This document shows, piece after piece, positions 37,350-47,178 of a stretch of 64,000 nucleotides of DNA (position 1 is its first letter; each line of letters opens with the position of its first letter). Origin of the DNA: Alphaproteobacteria bacterium. GTDB taxonomy: Bacteria; Pseudomonadota; Alphaproteobacteria; UBA6615. Location: NCBI GenBank assembly GCA_028279245.1, contig JANQOE010000128.1, positions 45,573 through 109,572 of the forward strand, in the 5' to 3' direction. The position numbers and the translations under genes are program-made. The notes below the pieces were generated by a model. The model worked only from the letters and a program-made list of their open reading frames with translations. It ran no database searches and was not told the origin of the DNA.

Positions 37350-38227
37350 ACCGCTGCCTCTAGTCGGGCCAATTCCAGGACGTTCAGTTTGCCCTGAGGG
37401 CCGGTGTGGCCGCTACGCCAAGGGATGTCTTCGGGCGAGCAGATCTCTTCATCGAGGTAGCCGCCGAGCTCTTCCCGATGCCGTGCGGACAAGAGGTCGT
37501 CATAACGGACGAGATACCCGCCAACTGAGCTGTAGCCGGTAACAAACTCATTGGTGAGTTGACGCCACATCTTGCCGAACTGCTTCGGCGATGTGATGCG
37601 TTTGTGCGGCCACTCCCAGTACCAGTCACCCCAATTACGGTACGATGCGTAAGCATCAAATGGGCAGCGATACATGAAGACAATTCGGCTGCGCGGAAAC
37701 AGCCATCTAAGGTAACGCGCCTCCAGCATACCCCACCGCGTTTCCTTCAAGCCCCAGTTCACATAGCCGCGGTGACGTGCGGGATCACCGAGCAGATTGC
37801 GCCAAAAAGCTGCGTGCGCGTTTACGAGACTTTCGACCGGTGGGTAGAGATTTGCCGTCCACGCGCCGGCGAGTTGCTTCGTATGATCCGTGGCGAACCA
37901 GACATCTTCGGGCCAAGAGCCGCTAAAGGCCTCCATCTGCAAAGCTAGCCGTTTGCCGATAGACCCATGTGCATACGGCTCTCCCCATACCATCGTCCGG
38001 CCGTTCGCCAGGACCATGCGTTGCAGAAGCGTGGAGCCCGAGCGCCAACCTGCAGCGAGGATAAAGATCGGTGACGATTCATGATCACCAACCAATGACG
38101 GCCATCTGCGCTGGAGCGCGTCGAGGCCGATGATTGTCCCATGCAGATCTGGGTCTTGCTGATCCCGTCGACCAAACGCACGGCTTAGTACAGTCGCGTT
38201 GGCGAAGAGCTGCCAAAGTGCCCTCAT
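37235..38227 (-). CDS. Sulfotransferase (Sulfotransfer_3-like)
   Basis: PIFI....RSGSTLLQR (5'-PSB), WGLKE, R.P.DAYAS (3'-PB) and RYDDL. Confidence 0.85.
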   Translation of the reverse strand: MRALWQLFANATVLSRAFGRRDQQDPDLHGTIIGLDALQRRWPSLVGDHESSPIFILAAGWRSGSTLLQRMVLANGRTMVWGEPYAHGSIGKRLALQMEAFSGSWPEDVWFATDHTKQLAGAWTANLYPPVESLVNAHAAFWRNLLGDPARHRGYVNWGLKETRWGMLEARYLRWLFPRSRIVFMYRCPFDAYASYRNWGDWYWEWPHKRITSPKQFGKMWRQLTNEFVTGYSSVGGYLVRYDDLLSARHREELGGYLDEEICSPEDIPWRSGHTGPQGKLNVLELARLEAAVYPLAEKLGFLPPRTSGRSLMRWTSRSASSSPSSAART

Positions 38228-40452
38228 GCGGCGCCGGCGGCGAGGGCGGGCAGTAGTTCATCGCGGTGGTCTTGGTCACATCTCTCTGTCAGCACAAGCT
38301 GCTCCAATAAGCGAGCAGCGTCCTCGGCACCATTCTGAACGCGGAACTTCAAGGCGGCGGACCGCAACCCACGCCGGCTTACCGGATCAAGTAGTTGGTC
38401 AAGCGTATCCCGGACCTTGTACGGATCCGATTCCCTTATCACCAAGCCATAGCCATGAACCGCAGCATGGTGCGCACGCGCTAACTGATCATCCATGATG
38501 GGGTTCTCGTTCGGTACAAATACGGACGGTAGCCGCGCGGCGAGAATGTCGTGAAATGAGTTGTATCCCGGCGCACTAACCGTGGCATCGAATGCATGGA
38601 GCAAGCGCGAGATCGGATAGGTGCGAAGTCTTTCCAAGCCAGGTCCACCTTCGCCCGCAGAAATCGGCCATTCGAGAAGACGGGTCTGCACGTCGGACTG
38701 CGCCTCGAAGTAGGCGCAGATCTCCTCACAGAAATCGTGTGACGCGCGGGTATTGCCGGATCCAAGTTGCACGAGAATGGCCAAGCCCTTTTCGTCCAGG
38801 CCAAGTTCTTTGCGAGCTTTTTCACGAGACAGCTGCTCGGTTTGATCAAGCAGGCGTATCGGTCCGACCCGCTGGGTTCGATGTCTGTCCCGCTGTGTAC
38901 GGCCCCGGTCGAACTGTTTCGCCAGGTCTTCCGGCTCCAGGACCAAATCAAAGACCTGGCCACGCTCGATCGAGGCGGCGCCAGTCTCGGCCCGCCACAT
39001 CGCGCGCCGGCACCAAACCCGCCAGCAGGTCGGTAGGCCCAAGAGGGCCTGTTCCAAGCCGGGATAGATTGCGTTGCCATCGAATATGAGGACGCGAGCG
39101 TCGTAGAATGCAGCGAGTTCGCGAACCTCGTTGGCGAGAGACCGGTTCCACTGGGTGATATCGCAGGGGAGGTGGCGATGGTGGGGAATGTACTCGCAGA
39201 GAAATCCGAAGCTCTCGAGAATGGAAACCGCCTGCGACATCGTCACAAAGACGGGCTCGATCCAATCCGCGCATCGTCGCGCGATTGCGATCTGGCGAGT
39301 CAGGTGTCCCAACCCCACCCCGTTGGATGAGAAGAAAATGACTCGCCGCTTTCGGCGGATTGCCCTCGATCTTGACGTTCCGGGCGAACCAATGAGGGTG
39401 CGAACATCCTCACGGTGCTTCTCCGGGCTGAACCGTTCGCGTAAGACTGCCTGCGCCGCTTCGCGAAAGCGCCCGACACGCTTCTTGTCCTGCCGCATTT
39501 CGCCAACCAGTCTCAGCACGTCTTTTGGTCGGCAGTAGGCGGCAGCCCCATCCAACTGGGCCCGAAAAGAAGACGGCAGTATCGGCACCGCTCCGGCCGC
39601 CAACGCCTTCAATACAGGGTATCCGTAGCCCTCGACGTGACGACTCTGATGGAAATAGACATAGCAATCCAGCGATTGCAGGAAGGATTGCTCGGACTGG
39701 CGGCTTGCCGGCACTACGGTCCAATTGGCGGGCATCTCGTCGATCATCGGCGGCAGAGCTCCAAGGATCCGAACAGCCACATCGGTTCCGTTAGGGTAGG
39801 CGTGCAAGAGCTGATATGGGTCGTCGGGCCACAACGATGGATCAGAGGCTCCGATCCGGCCAATTGAGCTGGGGGTTTCGAGCAAAAGACTCCGTTCCCC
39901 CACTAGATCGGCATCGACAACGCCAGCCCAATCGACTTCGTGGATAACGTCACCCGTCCACACATCCGCCATCCCGTTCCGAACCTGCGGGCTGACCGGC
40001 ACCAACTTGACGTCATCGCCCAGCAGATCGTTCGCATTGGCAAGAACAACCGAAGGGTCGAACCGAGGCCGGCCCAGGCCGTCCTCAGGCCCCTCGGGAA
40101 CCAGCAAAAGGCTTCGATAGCAGGTGATTCGAATCCGCCGCTGTGGCTGATGGGCGAACAGAACCGGATGGCAAGCGACGGCCAATCGCGCTTCAATCGG
40201 CCGTTGTGGGTCTACGAGGGCCAGTTGGCCCGTTTCCCAGAGCGAGCGAACTTCGGGGTGAACCGCCCGTCGCGCCTGCGCGGCCGGAGACCAAAGGCTC
40301 AGCAACCCCACGGAGTACCCAGCCCCCGCCAGCGCCCGGCACTGCGCGCTGAGCGCAGTGTGGACGTCGTCCGCTGTAAGCCGAAGATCCGACAAGTATA
40401 GGATGTCGAATCGCTGCATGACCCCCCTGTGATGCACCACATAGACGGGCAT
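38224..40452 (-). CDS. Two-module GT-B glycosyltransferase (GT4-like + GT28/MurG-like)
   Basis: EGYG...ALAAG; NGVGLGHLTR; SAPGYNSFHD; DDQ..RA. Confidence 0.85.
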   Translation of the reverse strand: MPVYVVHHRGVMQRFDILYLSDLRLTADDVHTALSAQCRALAGAGYSVGLLSLWSPAAQARRAVHPEVRSLWETGQLALVDPQRPIEARLAVACHPVLFAHQPQRRIRITCYRSLLLVPEGPEDGLGRPRFDPSVVLANANDLLGDDVKLVPVSPQVRNGMADVWTGDVIHEVDWAGVVDADLVGERSLLLETPSSIGRIGASDPSLWPDDPYQLLHAYPNGTDVAVRILGALPPMIDEMPANWTVVPASRQSEQSFLQSLDCYVYFHQSRHVEGYGYPVLKALAAGAVPILPSSFRAQLDGAAAYCRPKDVLRLVGEMRQDKKRVGRFREAAQAVLRERFSPEKHREDVRTLIGSPGTSRSRAIRRKRRVIFFSSNGVGLGHLTRQIAIARRCADWIEPVFVTMSQAVSILESFGFLCEYIPHHRHLPCDITQWNRSLANEVRELAAFYDARVLIFDGNAIYPGLEQALLGLPTCWRVWCRRAMWRAETGAASIERGQVFDLVLEPEDLAKQFDRGRTQRDRHRTQRVGPIRLLDQTEQLSREKARKELGLDEKGLAILVQLGSGNTRASHDFCEEICAYFEAQSDVQTRLLEWPISAGEGGPGLERLRTYPISRLLHAFDATVSAPGYNSFHDILAARLPSVFVPNENPIMDDQLARAHHAAVHGYGLVIRESDPYKVRDTLDQLLDPVSRRGLRSAALKFRVQNGAEDAARLLEQLVLTERCDQDHRDELLPALAAGAA

Positions 40453-40617
40453 GCAAAGCCGATTTATCAGCCAAGGTAGTCACCGAGGCTGTCCGGCGGG
40501 GGCCGGCCGGTGCGGCGGCGGTCGCTGGAAGTCCTGCGCGACCGCTGTTAAGCCTTAGAACCCGATTTCGTGGGACTTGCGCCTCTTGGGGAGGGCGTCC
40601 GTCAAGTGGAGCCGGCC

Positions 40618-42477
40618 ATGCGGGGACGAACCCGTTCGTTCACCACCATTCAGGCGAAATTCCTCGCCTTCATCGTACCGATGGTGCTGCTGTCGATTTT
40701 CGTCGTCTTCGCCATCATCGAATCCGGTGCCCGGCGCGAGGCCGACCGGGCGCTGCGCGAAAAGCTGGACCAGATCATGGCGGTGCAGAGCGCCGCACTG
40801 GCGGACTCCCTATGGAACGTCGCCGACGCGCAGGTGCAGCAGATTCTGGCCGCCGTCGAGGTCGACCCGGACGTGGTCGGCGCCGCCGTACTGAACGAGC
40901 TCAACCAGCCGGTCGCCCAGATCGGCGACACCGGCAATCTGGAGGATGCGGCCTATTTCGGGCAGCGGGAGATCCAATACACCGGCAATGCCGTGCCGGA
41001 GGTCGTCGGCCTGTTCCGGCTCGCCCTGACCGATGCCCAGGTGAAGTCGGACTCGCGCAACCGCCTGCTGGTGGCGACGGGCCTGGCTGGGCTGCTGTTG
41101 GCCGCCGTCGTCAGCAGTGCCTTGGTCGCCAACCGGCGCACCATCGGCGAACCCTTGTCCCGCCTGCTGCACGCCATCAACCAGGCCAGCGATGGCAAAC
41201 CGCTGGAACCGGTCGAATGGACGACCCGCGACGAAATGGGGGAGGTGGTCAGCGCATTCAATGAACTCCAGGCGCGGCAAGCAGCGTTCGAGGCGGAACG
41301 GGAGCGGCACCGCGAGAAGCTGGAGGAGAATGTCGCCGCGCGTACCCGCGAACTGGCGGTCGCCATGGAACGCGCCCGCAACTCGGAGAACCTGCTGCTG
41401 GAAGCGCTGGAAAGCATCTCCGAAGGCTTCGCGCTGTACGACATCGACGACCGCTTGATCCTGGCAAACAGCCGATTTTACGAACTCACATATCCGGGCG
41501 TCGACCGGCCGGATGTCGGCGGCCAGACCTTCGAGCAAATCGTCCGCGGCATGACACCGGGCCTGGTCCCCGCCGCCGAACATGACTTCGAAGCATGGCT
41601 GGCCAAGCGCCTGGCCGCACACCGCAATCCGGGCCCGCCGGTGGTCATTCGTCAGCGCCAGGGCGTTTGGCTGCAAGTCAGCGAACACCGGACCGAACAT
41701 GGCGGCTATGTCGGCGTCTATTCCGACATCACCGAGTTAAAGCGGCGCGAGGGCGAGGCCGAGGCGGCGAATCAGGCGAAGTCCGATTTCCTCGCGGTGA
41801 TGAGCCACGAATTGCGGACGCCGCTGAACGCCATCATCGGTCTCACCGAATTCCTCGCCGAAGAGTTGGGTGAGACCGGCAACACCGAGCATGTCGGCAC
41901 CCTCGACCGGATCAACCAGGCCGGTAGACACCTGTTGTCATTGGTCGACGACGTGCTCGACTTGTCGGTGATCGAAGCCGACCGCATCCGGCTGCAGTTC
42001 CAGGATTTCGATGTCGCCGGGCTGGTGCAAGACGTGGCCGGCGCAGCGCGGCCACTGGCCGAGCAAAACCGTAACCGCCTATCCATCGAGCATCCGCCCC
42101 AACTCGGACAGATGAGCTCAGACGGGAAACGCACCCGGCAGATCCTGCTGAACCTGCTGGGCAACGCCTGCAAGTTCTGCGAGGACGGCGAGGTGCGGCT
42201 GACGGTCGAACCGGCGGTGACCAGTCACGGTGACGGCCTGGCGTTCACCGTGAGCGACACCGGGGTCGGCATCTCGCAAGAGGACCTGACCCGGATCTTC
42301 CAGCCTTTCGTCCAGGCCGACCTGTCGCCGCGGCGCCGCCACGGCGGGTCCGGTCTCGGGCTGGCGATTGCCGACCGGCTCGCCGGACTGCTCGGCGGCC
42401 ACTTGTCGGTCGAGAGCGAGCCGGGCCGGGGGTCGCGTTTTCGCGTTTGGCTACCCCGCACGGCCCCGAACGCTTAG
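40618..42477 (+). CDS. Membrane HAMP-PAS sensor histidine kinase
   Basis: 2 TMs, DEMG HAMP, PAS, SHELRTPL and GGSGLGL. Confidence 0.9.
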   Translation: MRGRTRSFTTIQAKFLAFIVPMVLLSIFVVFAIIESGARREADRALREKLDQIMAVQSAALADSLWNVADAQVQQILAAVEVDPDVVGAAVLNELNQPVAQIGDTGNLEDAAYFGQREIQYTGNAVPEVVGLFRLALTDAQVKSDSRNRLLVATGLAGLLLAAVVSSALVANRRTIGEPLSRLLHAINQASDGKPLEPVEWTTRDEMGEVVSAFNELQARQAAFEAERERHREKLEENVAARTRELAVAMERARNSENLLLEALESISEGFALYDIDDRLILANSRFYELTYPGVDRPDVGGQTFEQIVRGMTPGLVPAAEHDFEAWLAKRLAAHRNPGPPVVIRQRQGVWLQVSEHRTEHGGYVGVYSDITELKRREGEAEAANQAKSDFLAVMSHELRTPLNAIIGLTEFLAEELGETGNTEHVGTLDRINQAGRHLLSLVDDVLDLSVIEADRIRLQFQDFDVAGLVQDVAGAARPLAEQNRNRLSIEHPPQLGQMSSDGKRTRQILLNLLGNACKFCEDGEVRLTVEPAVTSHGDGLAFTVSDTGVGISQEDLTRIFQPFVQADLSPRRRHGGSGLGLAIADRLAGLLGGHLSVESEPGRGSRFRVWLPRTAPNA

Positions 42478-42486
42478 ACTCACTTA

Positions 42487-43344
42487 ATGCTGGAGCGGAC
42501 AGATGCCATGCCATTGATCAGCAGCAAACTCTTGAGCCGCCGCGCCCTGGTGCTCGGCACCTTGTTGGTCGGCGTTTTCGCAATGTCAGCTGGCGGCGCG
42601 GCGGAGACCGAAATACGCCTCGTCACCGGCAACGACTATGCACCCTATACCGACCAGAGCCTGCCCGAGGGCGGACTGGTCAACGAATTGGTCAAGCGCA
42701 TCTACGACAACCTCGGCGCGGAATACACGATTGACTGGAAGCCGTGGCGCCGCGGCTTCCAGGAAGGCGTGACGGGCGAATACCTCGCCACCTACCCATA
42801 CATCTACAATGAAGAGCGGAATCGCTACTTCCTGTACTCGGACGTGGTCTACAAGAGCAATCTCCGGCTCTTCTCGATGATTGCAGCGGCCCTCCGGCCC
42901 CAGGGCCTGGAGGATGCGCGCGGCCGTCGGATGTGCCTGCCGCTCGGCTGGGCGCCGGGGCCGAAATTGGGTGAACTGTTTGCCGCCTCGGCAATCCACC
43001 GCGACCAACCGCCCGACATGGAAACATGCTTCCGGCTGCTAAGCCGCGGCCGCACGGACTTCGTACTGGCCAACGAGATACAAGGTTGGGATTCGGCCTA
43101 CGCGGCGGGGCTATCCAGCGAAGACGTCGGCGTCTCCGACTTCAATATCGAAGTGAATCCGGTGCACGTGATATTTTCGCGTCGCGCGCCGAACCATGCC
43201 ATGGAGGTGGAGCGCTTCAACGCCGGCCTGGCGACGCTCAAAGCCACCGGCGAATACGACACCATCGTCGAGAAGCACCTGAAGCGACTGTCGGAGAAGC
43301 GGAACCCCGACGGTTCTCCGCCCGACTCAGCCGAAACCAACTAG
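42487..43344 (+). CDS. Family-3 periplasmic solute-binding protein
   Basis: YAPY...GG, PW.R, GR.DF and FN.GL..LK..GEY..I. Confidence 0.85.
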   Translation: MLERTDAMPLISSKLLSRRALVLGTLLVGVFAMSAGGAAETEIRLVTGNDYAPYTDQSLPEGGLVNELVKRIYDNLGAEYTIDWKPWRRGFQEGVTGEYLATYPYIYNEERNRYFLYSDVVYKSNLRLFSMIAAALRPQGLEDARGRRMCLPLGWAPGPKLGELFAASAIHRDQPPDMETCFRLLSRGRTDFVLANEIQGWDSAYAAGLSSEDVGVSDFNIEVNPVHVIFSRRAPNHAMEVERFNAGLATLKATGEYDTIVEKHLKRLSEKRNPDGSPPDSAETN

Positions 43345-43382
43345 AACAATCCAAAAGCGTTGCGAGGTTAGGCACCCCGGCC

Positions 43383-43931
43383 ATGCGAGGCCGCAAAAAC
43401 CGACTACGCCCTGCGGCCCAACTGGCCGCCAAGGACGTTCGGGTTGGCGCAGCGAAGCCCCAACGCAAGCAAGCACGCCAATCGCCGCCGCAACGCGGGG
43501 CCTCGGCTGCGCCGAAAGATCCCGATACAAAGCTTCGACCACTGTTGTTAGCCATTCTTTTCGGACAGCGTGGGGAGGGGATAACGAATCAGTGCGCGGC
43601 GATAGCCCGGCAGGCGGCGCAGCGCGGGCTGGACAGTCTCTTCCTGATCGACGACGCCCATCGGTTCGCCGATCTGCGCGCACACTCGCTGACGTTCGAA
43701 TACTTCCCACCACCGCGCCTGCGCCGCCTGGCCAGCGGCACGCTGCAGTGGGACCTCTATCGGCGGCGGCGGGCGCGACTGTTGTACGAGAAGTGGCGGC
43801 CGACGGCCGTGCTGCCGATCGGACCCGACTCCCACGAATTCGCCGCACAGTTTCCGCAAACGCAGGCGCTGCCCAAGGCGGGCGCACCGCGGCGGTTCTC
43901 TTGGCCGGGACTACGGCAGCTGTTTCAGTAG
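43383..43931 (+). CDS. Hypothetical protein (probable glycosyltransferase-cluster partner)
   Basis: F..D..F..LR....FEY.P and W..Y..RR......KW.P pattern. Confidence 0.6.
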   Translation: MRGRKNRLRPAAQLAAKDVRVGAAKPQRKQARQSPPQRGASAAPKDPDTKLRPLLLAILFGQRGEGITNQCAAIARQAAQRGLDSLFLIDDAHRFADLRAHSLTFEYFPPPRLRRLASGTLQWDLYRRRRARLLYEKWRPTAVLPIGPDSHEFAAQFPQTQALPKAGAPRRFSWPGLRQLFQ

Positions 43932-44245
43932 ACGTCGGGCCGCGGTGCCACCGTCGTGCCGAACCCGCGAATGCCTGGATCGCCCTCCGCATCTTCGTTC
44001 AGTTCGTTGAGTGTCAGCGCGACGAGACGGTCCATTGCTAGCTCAACGAAACGGCTGTTGGAGAAGTGTAGGAGAAACTGCTCGTAAGCGACCCGGGTGT
44101 CCATGCGGCGCGCGGCCAGCCAGGCCGCTGTCTCACCGTCCGATTGCGCACGGCCCTCGATCGGAGCACCGCCAGCGAACAGCATCACCATCACCGCTGA
44201 GACGTAACGGAAGCCAATGCGAACCAGCGACATATCGACACTCAT
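43925..44245 (-). CDS. Small secreted helical-hairpin protein
   Basis: Signal-like N-terminus; W..A...DT..AY..FL..F.NS.F..LA..RL motif; GGAG RBS. Confidence 0.55.
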   Translation of the reverse strand: MSVDMSLVRIGFRYVSAVMVMLFAGGAPIEGRAQSDGETAAWLAARRMDTRVAYEQFLLHFSNSRFVELAMDRLVALTLNELNEDAEGDPGIRGFGTTVAPRPDVY

Positions 44246-44472
44246 GCTCCGCGATCGTTTCGATCCTGCGGCGGTAGAATCCGATTCGCAAATCCAAAAC
44301 CGTCGCAGCCCCGGAAAACAGCCGGTTTATGCCTCCTTATTGCGACGGAATTTCCCCGCATGTAGTATCCACCCGACTTCACGCCGCAAAATCTGGGCAG
44401 TGACGACCGCAAACGAGTGGCAAGTCAACAACGGCGCTTCGGCGGCGACCGGGAGAGTTGTGCGTGCGGACT

Positions 44473-45768
44473 ATGACGAGAAGACGGCGAACTCAGATCT
44501 TCGCGGTGGCAGGTGTGACCGCGCTGACGGCGTGCACGTCGATCGAGGTTCGCACGGAACAAGCCTGCTTGAATCCAAACCACAGCCGATCGGAGCCGTC
44601 ATCCGCCCTCGGCCGGTTCTGGGCCTGGGCATTTGGCCCGGCCTGCGGTGATAGCGACTTCTACGCCGGGCTCGCCGCCTACGAACGCCAAGACTTCGAC
44701 ACTGCCCGCGACATCTGGCAACGGCAGGCCGACAACGGCTTCGCGCGGTCTCAGTTTCATCTTGCCGCGCTGTACGGCGCCGGCTGGCCGGGTGTTGAAC
44801 CGGACCCGGCGCGTGCCAAGGGACTGTACGCAGCCGCGGTAGTCCAAGGCTATAACGTAGGCTATTTCAACCTGGTCCGGTCGGAGGAGACGCAGACCGC
44901 CGCCCGCAAGTCCTGGCACAGCATCGTCGCCGAAGCCTCGCAACGGACAGCGCCAACGAGCGAACTCGCCGCACAAGACGTGGTCGGCCCCACGGTTGAG
45001 ACGACGCCAAGCGCCGTCGCCGGCATCCCCCAGTCAAAACCGGAAGTAAACGAGTTCGCCGCCGCGACGCGAACCGAAAAGTCGGGCGGCCCGTCACTCA
45101 TCGTCCCGATTCCAGCGGCCTCACCGAAGCAAGCCCGTGCAACTGAACCCGCCGCGCCGGCAGCCCCCACGCTGGCGTCCGCTCCCAACGTCCCCGTCCC
45201 GCAGGCGCCACCGCCAGCCCTCGGCGGATTTGAGAGCGGCATGACATCGTACATGCGGGCCAACTATCGCGACGCCTTGCAGCGATGGACCGCCCTCGCC
45301 GAGACGGGCGATGCTCGCGCTCAAACCTGGATCGGTATCATGCACGACAACGGACAGGGCGTGCCGCGCGATCACCAAAAGGCGGTGGGTTGGTACCGGC
45401 GCGCCGCCGACCAGTCTTATGCGGAGGCACAGTTCAGTCTGGGCACCAGTTACGACAAGGGCCTTGGGGTAAGGGAGGACCATCGCCAGGCCGCCCAGTG
45501 GTATCAGCGCGCCGCGCAGCAAGGGCATACCGACGCCCAGTTCCGGTTGGGGCTGATGTATCTGAATGGCCGCGGCCTGGCACCCGACCTCCGCCTCGCC
45601 TACGTCTGGTTCGGCTTTGCGGCGGCAGCCGGCGACACGATTGCGCAGGAAAGCCAGGACCTGCTGGCCCTGGGCATGACCCCGGCGGAGATCGCCGAAG
45701 CGAAGGTTTTGGCCGCCTCATGGGGCCGCCGCATCACTGCCGCCGGGCCGAGCCTCACCGGCAGCTAG
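44473..45768 (+). CDS. Sel1-repeat lipoprotein with Pro/Ala linker
   Basis: Lipobox LTAC; several AQ..LG.MY..G.GV..D...A..WY repeats. Confidence 0.85.
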   Translation: MTRRRRTQIFAVAGVTALTACTSIEVRTEQACLNPNHSRSEPSSALGRFWAWAFGPACGDSDFYAGLAAYERQDFDTARDIWQRQADNGFARSQFHLAALYGAGWPGVEPDPARAKGLYAAAVVQGYNVGYFNLVRSEETQTAARKSWHSIVAEASQRTAPTSELAAQDVVGPTVETTPSAVAGIPQSKPEVNEFAAATRTEKSGGPSLIVPIPAASPKQARATEPAAPAAPTLASAPNVPVPQAPPPALGGFESGMTSYMRANYRDALQRWTALAETGDARAQTWIGIMHDNGQGVPRDHQKAVGWYRRAADQSYAEAQFSLGTSYDKGLGVREDHRQAAQWYQRAAQQGHTDAQFRLGLMYLNGRGLAPDLRLAYVWFGFAAAAGDTIAQESQDLLALGMTPAEIAEAKVLAASWGRRITAAGPSLTGS

Positions 45769-45801
45769 AGCGCCAACGCGCACCTCCATTAGGATGGGCG
45801 G

Positions 45802-46353
45802 ATGGCCCCGCCTCCACTGGTCGTACGCAACAACCCCGCCGCCTATAGGGCACAAGTCGCAACCATTCTGCTGTTTGCCGCCCTGTTCGCGATCGTGCCA
45901 CTGGTCCTCGGCGACCCAGAAGCCAGTGCACCACGCGGCCCGGCGCTGGTCACGATCTTGCTCGTGGGCTGGGCGTTCGTCGCCATACGTCAAAGCCGCA
46001 GCCAGGAGCCGCAGATCATTGTCGACGCGACCGGTCTATATGTCCGCGGCTGGCATCTTGGGGTCGTGCCGTGGGACGACATTGTGTTGGTGGCGCAAGG
46101 CAATGCATTGCGTCAGCCCCTGGCGACCCGGGTGTTCCGCAGCCGGTTGGGGGGATATCTGACCGTGCGGTTTCGCCGATATCCGCCTTTTCAGTCGTCG
46201 TCGCTGGCGCCGCTGTCATGGTTCCAATGGCTGGCCCATCAGCTCGACAACAGCGACCCGGTGATTTCGGCCGCGCGGCTCGACACATCCCTTGCCGACA
46301 TCATGACCGCCATCGACGCGCAGATCGGTTACCGCAAGCAGGCGGCGGGCTAG
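45802..46353 (+). CDS. Two-TM hypothetical protein (PH-like soluble part)
   Basis: 2 TMs followed by I.D..G....VPW.DI; AGGA RBS. Confidence 0.6.
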   Translation: MAPPPLVVRNNPAAYRAQVATILLFAALFAIVPLVLGDPEASAPRGPALVTILLVGWAFVAIRQSRSQEPQIIVDATGLYVRGWHLGVVPWDDIVLVAQGNALRQPLATRVFRSRLGGYLTVRFRRYPPFQSSSLAPLSWFQWLAHQLDNSDPVISAARLDTSLADIMTAIDAQIGYRKQAAG

Positions 46354-47141
46354 TTGCCGAAATGCTCCCGATGCCGCCGTTCGCCCACAGCGCAGTCCAT
46401 CGGCTCGGTGCTCGCCGCATACCAAAGCCGAGGTTCGGGCGGACGCCCGGCAATCTCCAACAGCATCTTGCGCAGGATCGCGTCGGCGAAGTCGTCGAAA
46501 CTGTTCGCCACAACATAAAAGGCGCCGGGGCCGCCCACCACGCACTCCGCGTAGTAACGGTCCAGATCCGCCATGCTCTGCAGGCCAAACTCGTTACGCC
46601 GGTCGTTGATCACCGGTAGGCCGTTGATGGTGATGCCGCGGGAGACCACGGCATCTCGCGCCTGATCGACCGGCTGACCGCTGTTGTTCGGACCGTCGCC
46701 GGAGACATCGATCACCCGCCGCACCCCGTCGAACCCATTGCCATCGAACTTCGCCGCAGCAAACAACACGGCCTCGCCAATGGCGGTGCGTCGCGCGTTG
46801 ATCGACGGCGGTTTGGCAAGCGCCGCCGCGAACGCCTGGGCGCTGCCGAGTGAGTCCACCCGTTGCCACTCGACGATCGTCTCTTGGTGTGTGCCATCAG
46901 CCCATTCGATGTAAGTGAGCGCGATCCGGCCAGTTGGACCGCCTTCAATGGCGTTGACGACGAGGGGATTGGTGATGGCCGCAGCGTAACCCTGCCGCTG
47001 CAGGTTCGCTTCCTCGCTGTCGATACTGCCGGACACATCCACGGCAAGTACGAGTTCCAGATCAACCACCTCGGCCCACCCCATCAGCGGTGAGGCGAAT
47101 AGTGGAAGGCTGACAACGAGAGAAAGAAGCCCGGGTTTCAC
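46350..47141 (-). CDS. DUF1194 vWA-like secreted protein
   Basis: LVLAVDVSGS (MIDAS), IDVSGDGPNN and VVGGPGAF. Confidence 0.9.
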   Translation of the reverse strand: MKPGLLSLVVSLPLFASPLMGWAEVVDLELVLAVDVSGSIDSEEANLQRQGYAAAITNPLVVNAIEGGPTGRIALTYIEWADGTHQETIVEWQRVDSLGSAQAFAAALAKPPSINARRTAIGEAVLFAAAKFDGNGFDGVRRVIDVSGDGPNNSGQPVDQARDAVVSRGITINGLPVINDRRNEFGLQSMADLDRYYAECVVGGPGAFYVVANSFDDFADAILRKMLLEIAGRPPEPRLWYAASTEPMDCAVGERRHREHFGN

Positions 47142-47178
47142 CCCGCCAGTCTATCCCGCACTTCCCGGGAGCGAAATG

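Noticed and set aside
46350-46353. Convergent genes sharing CTAG/TTAG stop overlaps (also 18561-18564)
   Set aside because: A common feature of compact genomes; no further signal.
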